DNA of 64,000 nt, from the NCBI GenBank assembly GCA_976940595.1, contig OZ330105.1, forward strand, positions 2,046,001 to 2,110,000, given 5' to 3'. How positions within the stretch are numbered: position 1 is the stretch's first letter; each line of letters begins with the position of its first letter. This document shows, piece after piece, positions 1 through 12,029 of this stretch. The translations under genes and the position numbers were made by a program. Origin of the DNA: Empusa pennicornis (Eukaryota). The notes under the pieces were generated by a model. It saw only the letters and a program-made list of their open reading frames with translations. It was not told the DNA's origin and made no database searches.

Positions 1-319
1 AATCATGTTCATCTTTTTTGTTGATAGTTACCGATACTTATGTCCTGCTGAAAGGGACTAGAGGTACAGGTAGACTAGACAAGGGGAGGATTCCACATTG
101 AAGCCACACTTAGACTTTTGTACGTCAGACCTCCGGGAGGTTACAGGTATGAGAGCAGGACCATACCGGGGTGGGTCCCTAACAAGGCCAAGTTGTTGTT
201 CATCTCGAAAGAGCAAGGCGTCAGCAACTCCAGCCTTCGCAATCACCAGCGCCACCTTCTGAAGAGAACAGTACCAGGCGCAGCCTCATGAGGATCGAGA
301 TGTCGAAACATCTCCCTCT

Positions 320-1975
320 TCCACCGTGGGGCTTTTCATTAGGACAATACCTGGAGTCTAAAAAGCCCCCAACCTGCACACAGGGACGGAAGTAGATCCA
401 CTACTTACACGTGTCACTGTCCCATCCGTCAGCTCTCTAGCCAGCCAACTACTACCTCTCCAGGCTAGTACCGGAGGCCATTGAGACGTCTCACAACCTT
501 GGTAGGGCCGTCAGCTCTCTAGCCAGCCAACTACTACCTCTCCAGGCTAGTACCGGAGGACATAGAGGCGTCTCACAACCTTGGTAGGGCCGTCAGCTCT
601 CTAGCCAGCCAACTACTAGCTCTCCAGGCTAGTACCGGAGGACATTGAGACGTCTCACAACCTTGGTAGGGCCGTCAGCTCTCTAGCCAGCCAACTACTA
701 GCTCTCCAGGCTAGTACCGGAGGACATTGAGACGTCTCACAACCTTGGTAGGGCCGTCAGCTCTCTAGCCAGCCAACTACTACCTCTCCAGGCTAGTACC
801 GGAGGACATAGAGGCGTCTCACAACCTTGGTAGGGCCGTCAGCTCTCTAGCCAGCCAACTACTACCTCTCCAGGCTAGTACCGGAGGCCATTGAGACGTC
901 TCACAACCTTGGTAGGGCCGTCAGCTCTCTAGCCAGCCAACTACTAGCTCTCCAGGCTAGTACCGGAGGACATTGAGACGTCTCACAACCTTGGTAGGGC
1001 CGTCAGCTCTCTAGCCAGCCAACTACTAGCTCTCCAGGCTAGTACCGGAGGACATTGAGACGTCTCACAACCTTGGTAGGGCCGTCAGCTCTCTAGCCAG
1101 CCAACTACTAGCTCTCCAGGCTAGTACCGGAGGACATAGAGGCGTCTCACAACCTTGGTAGGGCCGTCAGCTCTCTAGCCAGCCAACTACTAGCTCTCCA
1201 GGCTAGTACTGGAGGACATTGAGGCGTCTCACAACCTTGGTAGGGCCGTCAGCTCTCTAGCCAGCCAACTACTAGCTCTCCAGCCTAGTACTGGAGGACA
1301 TTGAGGCGTCTCACAACCTTGGTAGGGCCGTCAGCTCTCTAGCCAGCCAACTACTAGCTCTCCAGGCTAGTACCGGAGGACATTGAGGCGTCTCACAACC
1401 TTGGTAGGGCCGTCAGCTCTGTAGCCAGCCAACTACTAGCTCTCCAGGCTAGTACCGGAGGACATTGAGACGCCTCACAACCTTGGTAGGGCCGTCAGCT
1501 CTCTAGCCAGCCAACTACTAGCTCTCCAGCCTAGTACTGGAGGACATTGAGACGTCTCACAACCTTGGTAGGGCCGTCAGCTCTCTAGCCAGTCAACTAC
1601 TAGCTCTCCAGGCTAGTACCGGAGGGCATTGAGGCGTCTCACAAGCCCGATAGGGCATCACCGCCTTAACGTACCCAATCTCCTATGGGTATCGGGAACC
1701 ACTTCCCCACCGAGTCCAACCCAATCCGAACAACTCCAATCAGGAGGGGCTCAGATGTTCGCCCCACGTACTTCTTGTGTCGTCAGAAGTACCACGAGTG
1801 TTCAGGGTCCGCAGCGCCCACACCACGGCAAGTGAAGCGAGATGATGGGACAGGAACTCGGAGATAGAGTTGAACGCACCTTAGCGACTCGGGCTAGAAT
1901 GCACGGTCGCCAGGAATCGAACCCAGAGCTGTCCGAATGCCAGTCCGAGACGAAAGGCTTGAGCCAACTGGCTAG
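320..1975 (-). mobile_element. tRNA-headed (Pol III A/B box) retroelement segment with structured body, hosting the 82-bp tandem array
   Basis: On the minus strand: A-box-like TAGCCAGTTGG (1974-1964) and B-box GGTTCGATTCC (1923-1913). Body segments 320-420 and 1640-1837 align colinearly with 37758-38158. The downstream (left) boundary is uncertain. Confidence 0.6.
426..1645. repeat. Minisatellite, 82-bp unit, ~15 copies
   Basis: Unit CCGTCAGCTCTCTAGCCAGCCAACTACTAGCTCTCCAGGCTAGTACCGGAGGACATTGAGACGTCTCACAACCTTGGTAGGG; starts at 426, 508, 590 ... 1574; no spacers. Confidence 0.97.
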
Positions 1976-2719
1976 GTGAAGGAGAGGGGTAACAGAAACC
2001 CCTCTGGAAGGTACACTTACATTTTCTTACTCAAGTTTAGTAAACACTTTAGACCACTCGGCTTTCACCAAGTCGGCCTGCATATGGAGTTTATGTGGAC
2101 AAAGTGGTGTCTAGGCTACGCCATTTATCTCACAGTCTGCACCACAGTCACCTACCGTCACTTAATTCCTCACTCTCACGCCTGACTTCAGAAAGATCAC
2201 CCATCCCCCTCTGCTCCTCAGCAGGTAAGCGTGGCTTGGGACAGGTAGGTACTGCAAACAGGGAAAGAACTAACAGTAAGACAACATCCGCAGCTAGAAA
2301 ATGGCATGTTGATCTGTTTCATTGTTTGTGGCTGTGCCTCATCTGACGTAAGAACATCTGTTGGTACAGATCAACTGTCAACCAGATTTTAGAGAAATAA
2401 TTATAAAACAATAACAATGTTACTTGTGCCTCGCTTCAAGCTATCTTGTGTTAACCGCCTTCTGGGGTTGCGCGCCATGGTTGTAATACGTGAATTACGG
2501 AGAAGAGGAGGTAAAAACGGCACACAAAACAATGTTTTTATTGGTTCACAAGAAGGTTTCTGGTGCGGCGGTTTTAGACACCTTGATTTACATAACACTT
2601 AACGACGGAATTGCTTTTGGTTCCCGTCTTGACGTCCTTGGCGTATTTGGGAATTCATAATAAAAGATTGTGGTCCATATTTGTGAGAACACGTGTTATT
2701 AATTGTGGTGAAGCTGAGT

Positions 2720-3650
2720 AGGGGGCAGATCAAACGCGGTTTGAATTTCATCCCAGTTTCTCTAAGTATTCTCTCTGGCACTGTATGCAACCTTCCATCC
2801 TCTGGAAGTTGCTCTTCGTATACAGAAACTGCTCTGTCTAGAAAATCGGTCACCGAAGTCGGTTGATCATCACAGGGAACAGAAACAAATCACATGGTGA
2901 CAGATCCGGACTGTAAGGTGGATGTATGTTCAGTTCCTTGCAAATCTCCATTGTTGTATTAGCTGTGTGAGTTGATGTATTGTAATGATGCAACAAAGAC
3001 ACCCTTAAGCCTGTCTTTGGACAATTTTCTTATATTTTTGAACACTTTTAAAGACAAATTTCTACATACTGTTTTGCAGTAACAGTTTTCTGATTTACGA
3101 GCACAACTGTTGCTAAGTGACTACTTGTGGAGAAGAAAGAGACAACTTGATCTTTTGACTATGACGGACGATTGGTCATCTGGGAACACCCAAATGGAGG
3201 ACTGGCGTTTTGTTTCGCCACCTGTAATGATATCTGAAATACAGTGAGACTATCCACAGTTAAATCGTTGCAGCATTTCTTGGCACTACTCCAACCGGGG
3301 CTCCTATAATTCAGATGTCTTGAAGATATTTAAGGTGTTCATATCCTGTTAGGTTACTCTTGGATCTTGTATCATCATTGTTTCCACAGCGGTGGTGTTT
3401 CTGGTCTGCCACTCTTCCCTTCATCTTTAAGAGATTGCCACCTGCTCCTAGAGTCTGTAATGCAGCGGAAGACAGCGGCATGTGACGGAGAATAGTCCCT
3501 CAAAAGCCAACTCAAGTGACTGTTTCATTTAAGTCACATTTAAAGTGGTACAAAATCAGGTACAAAATGCTCTCTCTGAATCTCCATTGCAGATACACTT
3601 TCCAGGCTCCAAACATAAACTGAGTGAAAGTGAATAACGCAACACTGGTC
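2720..3650 (-). mobile_element. Degraded mariner transposon relic
   Basis: Minus strand encodes HPPYSPDLSPCDLFL (2880-2928) and DIITGGET..RQSSIWVFPDDQ (~3150-3240). Same family as 18780-19580. Boundaries approximate. Confidence 0.75.
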
Positions 3651-3859
3651 TCCTAGCACCGTTCTATTGTCAATGAGTCAGTTATTTCGACAAAGTAACA
3701 AGGGTGGGCAGTATATCGTCTTTCAATATATATATCTTATTATCACATAACTATAGAACCTCTATTACACTTCTATAGCCTGTTTTGGCGCACACTGGCT
3801 TCTATACTCCAACAAAGTTTTGCTGCCAACTCCTCTATTCTAAACAACATAACTCAAAA

Positions 3860-4260
3860 AGTTCATTAGGAACTCAGCACAAAAACGATGCCCCAGAAGA
3901 CGGGCGCCCCGGGAGGGAGGGATGACGTGATAAGAGAAACGCAATGCATGAGCCAGAAGTGACGACACAATAATGGTAGCTTCTACCCGCCCCGTATAGA
4001 GTCCCACGTTCACAAGGAACAACCCTTATACCCCCGTACCATGGAGTTCCAGCTTCACGCCGCACTGAAGCACCACCACTGACATTTCCAGCTCTGAGGG
4101 ATACCAGCTGGATGAATAAATTGATAATGGAAGGGTACGAAAAGAACCCACTCCAGGATTCGCCATGCAACCCGGAAAAAATAATACTTTATATATAAGA
4201 GTGGGGACTCGCCGAGAATCGAACCCGATACTTCCCTAATGCTAGTCGCAGCCATTACTG
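3860..4260 (-). mobile_element. tRNA-derived SINE-like element (minor family)
   Basis: B-box-like GGGTTCGATTCTC on the minus strand near 4214-4227. Internal motif GGTGCTTCAGTGCGGCGTG recurs at ~46124-46142. Confidence 0.45.
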
Positions 4261-7255
4261 CAATTGAAATTAGCTCAAGAATAACAATAAAAAAACTTGG
4301 TATTTCAGTTTAGAACATTTTAACAAACCAATTCTGTATTGTGGTGGTCTCACATTCAAGAGGTCCCGAGTTCGAATATCGGTCAGGGTGAATTACCTTA
4401 TCCTGAGGAGAAGAATGTCGGCAAACTCTAAGCTTATTGGACCCTGGACTCTCATTTTAGCATTGGACTCTCATTGGAGCACAAAAAGGGGGGGGGGATA
4501 ACTCCGACCTTAAACTGGAGTATTTTTGTGCTTTATACTTTTTTAAAAACGTATTAAATTAGTATGCTTAAAGTATCATATATTCAATACATTTAAATGA
4601 AAAAGAAAATGTATATGTTCCAATTTTTACGGAACAGCATGTTCATTTCAAAGAAATGTTGCATAACCTTTCATAACTGGTATGGCTTAAGGGATAATTG
4701 TGTCATAAGCCGTTTCAAATATATGTTATTATTGATTTAAATTCCATATAAATCTGCCATTACTTTGACTTTGAACTACTTTTGATATTCAGATGTTTAT
4801 GGGGTTGTCATGGAAACAGTATAAAATTTTAAGGCCGCTATATAGAATTCAGCTGTTAAACATTTGACTGGTTATTATAGTTCGTTTCTATGGTAATGGA
4901 ATGTGTATTATAGCTGTTTGCTTAAAAATTTATCTGAATTAAAATAAAGTAGCATATAAAATTCCATTAAAATGGCAGTTATAAAAGACAAAGGATAGAG
5001 AAGAATATGTAACTTAGATTATAAGCTCCATACAACGGTTCTAAGCTTTAGGTTAAAACATCATATATTACATTTTTACATAAAGTGTAAGAGAGAGACA
5101 AAACTTGCTGCAAGAAAAATTGAAGGTTAGAACTCATATGGGTTTCTCTACACAGCTTTCTGCAAACTTTTCTTATTTTGCCATTACACTCACTCTACGA
5201 TTAGGTGTTAAGGGTGTTATATATTTTCAGTTATCGCAAGAGTTAGTTACCCAAGACGTAGAAGCTAAAACCCTAACAGTACTAAACACTGTAGCAAATC
5301 TGGTAATGCTAATACTTTTAAACCTTGAAACCTGAATCGCCTATGGAAGTTTCACCGCCAATTACTGTCTATATGTAGCTAAATCAGCAAGTTTCATTTT
5401 TCCAGAGCGAGTGAGGGAGACACCGGTGGCTATTGTTCTAGAAAACCGCTTGGGCAAGCAACATGGTGATCCATTTACATTCTGCGTACTCCGGACAGCA
5501 ATCAAGGCAGAACAAAGGAAACCTTCAATAGTTTAAATACAAAACCTACCTTAGAAGATGTCCTCCTCAGCAGATGTACCCTGCAGCATCATAGTTTCAT
5601 CTCCTTACACCAGAACTTTGAAAATCACTAGCACTATTACACTTTGGTCGCCATGGAAACTAAACAGCTGATGTTTACGCGCCAACTGCAGTCGCCCGCC
5701 ATTTGAAACAAAAGACAAACGCCTCGCCTTCATGGTGGTCTGTAAAGGAATATTTTAGACGTTTTTACTTTTCTACAACTAGTAAAGTTGTTTTATATAA
5801 TATCTAAAAATTTTATATCGACATTTCATCACGAATATATGTTTTGAGGCCCCCTGGATTCATAAAAAGAATGTTAATAAGTGTATACTTTAAGTCAGAA
5901 ACGAAAAGTTGGCTATATCACTGTTTGAAGGCTACAACACAAAGAAGCTTTCACCCCAAACCACCCTTAAAATAGAATTTTTGGTATATTTAACGTAATT
6001 GGTGAAATATATGTTTCAAATTTTTGTGGGAAAATTTTCTGTCAAGTTCTTTCCATTCTAAAACATATATTTTTTAAAATTATTTATTTAGAGAAATGTA
6101 TTTATTTATTTCGTACGATCTAGAGTTCTGCAACGTGTTTTCCTTTCACTTACAAGGCAGTATATACGGGTTAATTTCCTACAGACTGCGTAGAACAATA
6201 ACTTTTTAGGAGTATCTTTTGTAGAATAGGTATAGAAAGTAGTGTGAAGGTGACAGGACGTGACCCCTCACCGCGTGAACAGATGACGGTAGCGTAGTTT
6301 AACAAGAACCTGAGTTTAGTGTGGTGGCAGCCCTGCAAGCAAGCGCCATTGCACGAAGTCAGTACTGACCGCGACGTTGTTGGTGACTGTTTACTACCGG
6401 GCGTTGTAAACGAAGATATTGTAGTGTAAATCGTTCATTAAAGTGTGTAATATCATGTCGAGGACTTTAACGACGTCTCCAGCATCAGATGGAAGCCATC
6501 TTGACAGAGGACGAGCGGAAGCTGGAACAAGGTAACGTACAACCTTACCTTTAACTGATTCCTTATCTTCCTGCCACAACTTTAACCTTTACAATGTTTC
6601 CCCCGTGTGTATCAGGTTTACTGTAAGTCACACGTGAACACTGGTTGAGCAAATAATTGTGTTGCGTGTTAGTTTGATTCGAGTTTGGTACGCGCTGTAC
6701 CATTAGGGCAATATCTCCGTGATTATAAGATATAAACACCTCGAAACCCCGGCAGATGTCAAAGTCGATTACCTTAAAAGTTTACCCAATCAACTTTTCT
6801 TTTCGTGCTACAAAGTAACTCGAAGAAGTCCAGAGTTCGAATCCCGGTTAGGGTAAAGATGGATGCCGCAAGTTCTATGGACCTACTAGTCTGCCAACGA
6901 CAAGAAGGCAAGGTAGAGGAATATGTAGCGTAAACAGTTCATCTTTATATACACAGTGTTGTCACATAACTCACTCATCAAAGTTGCCCTTTCGTATTGC
7001 AACACAACACGAAATATTATTGTTCTCCAACCATTGCACCATTTCTTGCTTTACAGCATACTTCGACGGAGGTTTATTTTCTTGTACACTGTGGTGTGCA
7101 ACATTAACAAGCACGATGACGCTGTTGCAGTGTTTATTTGGTAAAAATTTCTCCTCTAACCATTTCTGGAAATTTCCTCCATTGATTTGGCCATGATACT
7201 CCCCGCTAGCAAGTCCAGCTTTGAATATCAAAGAAGCCTTCGTGATTGCCTGCAC

Positions 7256-7491
7256 GGCCGCGCCGTGGCCGAGTGGTTAGACCATTCGCCTCTCACCAAA
7301 ACGGTCCAGGTTCGATCCCAGGCGACCGCATGTGGGATTTGTGGTGGACTAAACGGCGCTGGGGCGGGTTTTCTCCGGGTACTCCGGTTTCCCCCGCCAT
7401 CTCATTCCAGCGGTGCTCCATGCTCATGTATCATCAGTGTCACCGCCTGTGGTGCCAATAAGTAGTAAAAACGGGCGTTAAACACTACAAC
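7256..7491 (+). mobile_element. tRNA-derived SINE, major family (full length)
   Basis: Head GGCCGCGCCGTGGCCGAGTGG..GGTTCGATCCC, core GGTTTTCTCCGGGTACTCCGGTTTCCCCC, tail GGCGTTAAACACTACAAC. Degenerate TSD GTGATTGCCTGCAC / GTTACTGCCTGCAT. Confidence 0.93.
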
Positions 7492-7549
7492 ACAGAGTTA
7501 CTGCCTGCATTTACAAGAACCAGGCGGTTCGGACAGCTGGTTGGGTTGG

Positions 7550-7787
7550 GTTGTAGTGTTTAACGCCCGTTTTTACTACAATTGGCACCACAGGCAGTGA
7601 CACTGATGGTACATGAAAATGGAGCACCGGTGGAATGATATAGCGGGGAAAACCGGAGAACCCGGAGAAAACCCGCTCCTGCGCCGTTTTGTCCACCATA
7701 AATCCCACATGAGGTCGTCGCCTGGGGTCGAACTCGGACCGCTTTGGTGAGAGTCGAATGGTCTAATCACTCGACGACGGCGCGGCC
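7550..7787 (-). mobile_element. tRNA-derived SINE, major family
   Basis: Reverse complement of the same consensus; lies 58 bp from the copy at 7256-7491. Confidence 0.92.
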
Positions 7788-9209
7788 CTGGAAGAGCTGG
7801 TGTTCGTCGTTATCCCATAGATATCATCACTCTGCCAGCATTTTACAAATGTCACATTATTGCCCATCCAGGATTCATCAATATAAATGATATTTCTTCC
7901 AGCATTTCTGTATCCAGTTAACTATGTCTGGATGTTCAATAAGTAATTTTCTCTTGCTTCCACATCGTTTCCATATCGCGTTTCATTCCCTTCCAGAGAG
8001 AAAACTTATTTTTCCCCTAATTGCTGCAAGTAGCTTGGGAACAGCGGTCACTTGTTTTTTAACCAAACAAAAGTCTCGAATTACATTTTAATTGCCGCTC
8101 TATCAAAGTCATCACAATGAGATTTGTATTCCTCGGCTTTTGGTCTCTTTTTCCCCGGCGTATAAAGTAGTCTTTAACACCTTCTCTTCTTATTCTTGAT
8201 ACAGTGTGTTCCGATATCCCACACGTAAATTTCTTTGAGATAATAGACATTTCATTGTCCTGACGTCACACACTTCAATCACCTCCCTTGCTTCACTGTG
8301 AATACTTTGTCCCTTCTTTCGAACTGTAGCTATACGTAAATATTAAACCAAGAATAAAAGTAACAAAATATTATATAACTGCAGTTACTGAACGAGCATT
8401 AGATCTGGCAACATGGGGACTCTTGGTTCATAGAACTCATAGTAAACAGATCCACTATCAGGGTAGAGAAACAGTTCAAGCCCCCTCTCGCTCCTCAGAC
8501 CCCACTTGCCTTCTTGTGATGGCTGGGTAGTACCAAATTAAAAGGCTTTAAAGCAGAAAATAAACAAACTGGAGTTTTTACTTCATAAATATGAAGTTTT
8601 TTTAATCGTAAAACTAACCCAGCAACACGACGAATGAACGAGGTTCCAATTTGAGATAATAACCCATAATTAACATAAACTGTTTTGTGGAACGGTTTGA
8701 CTGATTACTGGCAACAAATAACTGCAATTGGTTGTTATACCCCTCAGTTGTCACATGGCTTTCCCTACCTGTTCTGCACCGGAGTATTCTTAGAAAACAT
8801 TTTTTTTTCTAATCCATGCAAATCTAACTAAACGCTAACAGAAATTATTTTAGACACATATTTTCAAAAACAGTCACTATACGGTTCCATAACGGTTATG
8901 GATTTGAGAAAAACATAGGTTTTGGTTGTACATTTATAACATATTTATATCCAGAAACAAACGTATCGCACATCAGTCCTGTTTTAACGAATTCTATAGT
9001 TACATAGAGGTAATTCAAATTGAAGGTGCACTGCCAAAAATTTCAAGAAATACATTTTATTTCCCCTGGAGTAAGTTGTGTTTTAGTAAAAATGGTTATA
9101 GTATGTTTATATTATTTAAAATTTTATAAACTATGACTGATATAAAGTGTAGTTTAGGGTTGGGAGATTTTTCTGTAAATTTTTCTTACATTTTTGAGAA
9201 TTCCTTGAC

Positions 9210-9560
9210 TTTTTTTTTAATTTATTTATTATCGCTTCAGCTCTTTAGAGTCATATCGCGACTTCTTTGTGATACAATATACTTACAACATGATTAAAAA
9301 TACAATTCAATACATTACATTAAACATTTAAATACACTCCGGGTTAGATATAATGGAAACACAAAATTGGAGAATTGAAATGGATAAACTATAGGCTGTC
9401 TAGATGATACTGTATAATTTTTTAGATTTCATAAACTTTAAAGTCCTTTGCTGTGTCGAATTTAGGGCGTCTTGTAGGCTGCTGGAGACGTTACATGTTG
9501 TTAACGGTTGCAGGCAGTAATTATATGGTCAACGGTGGGGTTAGTTTTGTATCTTGAGTT
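9210..9560 (-). mobile_element. 3' fragment of a non-LTR retrotransposon (I/Nimb-like end)
   Basis: Minus strand reads ..PTVDHIITAC.. (remnant of a C-terminal CCHC), SLQDALNS..RTLKFMKS, then the tail TCGCGATATGACTCTAAAGAGCTGAAGCGATAATAAATAAATTAAAAAAA. Confidence 0.55.
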
Positions 9561-9707
9561 ACTGTACTTAAAAAAAAAAAAAAAAAAACGTGAAAAATTT
9601 TTCTACCTTCCTGAGGAAATGTATTTTCAGTGAAATTTCTATATCACATTTTCAGGTAGAGGAAAATCATATGAATGTGACTCAACAGTTTTTTTTATCT
9701 GTAAACT

Positions 9708-9708
<1 letters not shown>

Positions 9709-9756
<48 letters not shown>
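9709..9756. repeat. Poly(T) tract (a poly(A) tract also lies at 9570-9588)
   Basis: Directly visible homopolymer runs. Confidence 0.95.
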
Positions 9757-9758
<2 letters not shown>

Positions 9759-10319
9759 GAGGCAGAACATGTTATATATTTTCTTGGAGATTAACAAAGG
9801 CACCCAGCATGTTCCTTATCGCAGCACATAGTTGTTGTTTATGTTTTGTAAAAACTGCAACATATAATTTTGTGTAACGAGGTTTGGAACAAATTGCACC
9901 CAAACACGCAATAAAATGCTCGATTCTTCCTGTAGATAAGTTCATAATAAGTTAAACGTGGCGGTTTTCCTTTGTTCACGTCTGATATTTGCACACACTT
10001 ATCAACATTCTTGTATGTATTAAATAATTGATTTATGAGGTCTTGCTCATATCACGAGGCTACGAGGAACATTTTCGTGTATTTTATTCAACACAGGCTC
10101 CAAACATACTTACTACCAAATTATAGACATATGACTCTACGAATTTCCTATTTTCTTAAATATGCCTAACAATTTTAGTCAAATACCACACTATGTGTGT
10201 TAAAGAAATTCCAGAACATTCGTAATTTCGCGCTAATGGAGTCTTCGAGCACACGTCTGTGTTTAATGTGTAACTACCGGAAGTTTCATTATTAGTTAGC
10301 GTTCACTGCTGTATTGGGT

Positions 10320-11146
10320 AGAAAGTTGTGTCACACAGTTCGAGATGGCAGAGTCAGAGTACCAACGCGTCTGCGTTAAATTTTGCTTGAAATTCAAGAA
10401 AACCTTCACAGAAGTGACTCTCTTTCAGGACGCCTTTCGACGCTGATGTCAGGAACGTCAACACAGCTGTGCGTGCAATCGAAGAGATTGCAGAAGAATG
10501 TAAAATTTCATGTCATGAAGTGCTGACACTGTATCTTGGAATGTATCGTGTTTCTGCCAAGATGGTCCCACGGCTCATGACCAAAAACACCCATCCCGTA
10601 GTAATCGTGCAAATGAGAACGAGATGTTCCATAAGAGAATCATAACTAGTTAGGTCAGGTCAAATGTTAAATGTGCTTATTGTTTTTTTATTTGACTTTG
10701 AAGATTAATCATAAATTCGTGCCACAGGTACAAAGTTTTAATCAATGGTACTAGAGAAAACGTGAGAAGGAAACTTCCTGAAATGTGGCGAGACAATTTA
10801 CGGCGCTTGCATCACAATACACAGCTACATTAATCCTTGTTGGTGCGTGGATATTGCACAAAAAACGAATTCACTGTGCTGCCTCAACCTCCGTACTCTC
10901 CAGACCTGAATATTACGAATTTCTTGATTTAAAAGTTAGAAAACAGCGTTTAAAGCACAAGATTTGCACTGATATATGACGTAACAGAAAATTCGCAGGC
11001 GGCGCTTTGCGTGACACAAAAACAGCTGTACCAAGAGTTCTGGAAGTAGAAACGGCTTTGAGAGCGGGGTATCAGGTGTGGAGGAGAGTATGTCGAAAGA
11101 GGCCATACACAATAAGTGTAGATAAAGTTTGTGGACAAAGTTCGTA
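10320..11146 (+). mobile_element. Degraded mariner relic
   Basis: MAESEYQRVCVKFCLKFKKT at the 5' end, VSAKMVPRLMT, QPPYSPDL (~10885-10910), and the 3' motif GIRCGGEYVE. Confidence 0.75.
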
Positions 11147-11194
11147 CGTGCAAAGTCCTATCTTGTTTCTGTTAGTAGCCTAAACCCTGATGAG

Positions 11195-11290
11195 GCCCGG
11201 GTTCGGCCCCAGGCGACCGCATGTGGGAATTTTGGTGGACGAAGCGGCAGGAGGCGAGTTAATTTCATTCCAACAGTAGTAAAAAGCGTT
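11195..11290 (+). mobile_element. Degenerate partial copy of the major SINE
   Basis: CCCAGGCGACCGCATGTGGGAATTTTGGTGGACGAAGCGGC matches the SINE consensus. Confidence 0.7.
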
Positions 11291-12029
11291 TTTTAAGGAA
11301 GTTAAACATTAAATGTTTTCCTTATATGTAAAGTCGTAATTAGTTTTCGTTTTTGTTGATCATAGTCATGCAAATGCAAAGAATTTCAGTGCCATCACGT
11401 AACCAGCAGTTATTAAAATGTTCAGACTAATGTATTACTTACCATTCCTGTCTCAATTAGTAGAAGTAGATGCAGCTTTTATAAGAAGAGGTAGGAAAAA
11501 CGTATGAATACTTTTATTGAGATATTTTCAAAGCGCGTACGTGGTATAAAATATCGAATAGACATGTTGGGATGAATGCAGTACTGATACAGGAGCAAAG
11601 AGGCAGTAGACTCGCATCACTAATACTGCAGCGAGCGGCCTATACCCGAAGCATCGCTTCAGTAAATGGTTACATTTCCTCCCGTCACAGAAAACATACT
11701 TCACAGTTCTGTTTACAAGCCTCTTCACCCTCTGTGCCTATAACCAGCACAGCAACCAAGTTTCACTGAAAATATACATGTTTTGGTGTCCCTAGACCCT
11801 AAATAGAAACAGTTTCAGAAATGATTATACGTGTTTCTGTGAACAGCAGAAATAAAACACAAAAACTCTGTCAGTGGCAACAAATTTTGATATTCAATTG
11901 AATTTTGGTTCACACACTGTCACACTAATGGTGAGGTTTTCTAAAAATATACTTATACATTCTTACGACCTTCTCCACCCACCCTACCCAAGCTTTTGAG
12001 CATCAATTTGATGTTGCATAAGACATAAA

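Larger units (their letters stand above)
6935..8330 (-). pseudogene. IS630/Tc1-superfamily (DDE) transposase pseudogene, possibly Sailor-like, interrupted by two SINEs
   Basis: Minus-strand fragments in order: KGQSIHSEAREVI / GISEHTVSRIRREG (HTH-like), RNIIYIDESWMG (first catalytic D), NRLVLVNAGS (between the SINEs), SGEYHGQINGGNFQKWLEEKFLPN..SVIVLVNVAHHS (second D mutated). Many stops and frameshifts. Confidence 0.8.

Noticed and set aside
426..1645. Regular repeats as a CRISPR array (also 25.6-29.1, 46.6-48.0 and 54.0-56.6 kb)
   Set aside because: Head-to-tail units with no unique spacers, no cas genes, and a eukaryotic transposon context.
2190..2250. Possible micro-exon (AG...GTAAG)
   Set aside because: Splice-like motifs alone are insufficient without a linked exon or transcript evidence.
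7256..7330. tRNA genes at SINE heads
   Set aside because: A and B boxes are present, but each runs into SINE body and tail, and I see no complete cloverleaf.
7187..7770. Recurrent short ORFs (AVAEWLDHSPLTK..., MWDLWWTK...) across the window
   Set aside because: Translations of the non-coding SINE.
11186..11215. Hammerhead core CTGATGA
   Set aside because: No GAAA after the stem; the sequence is a degenerate SINE head.
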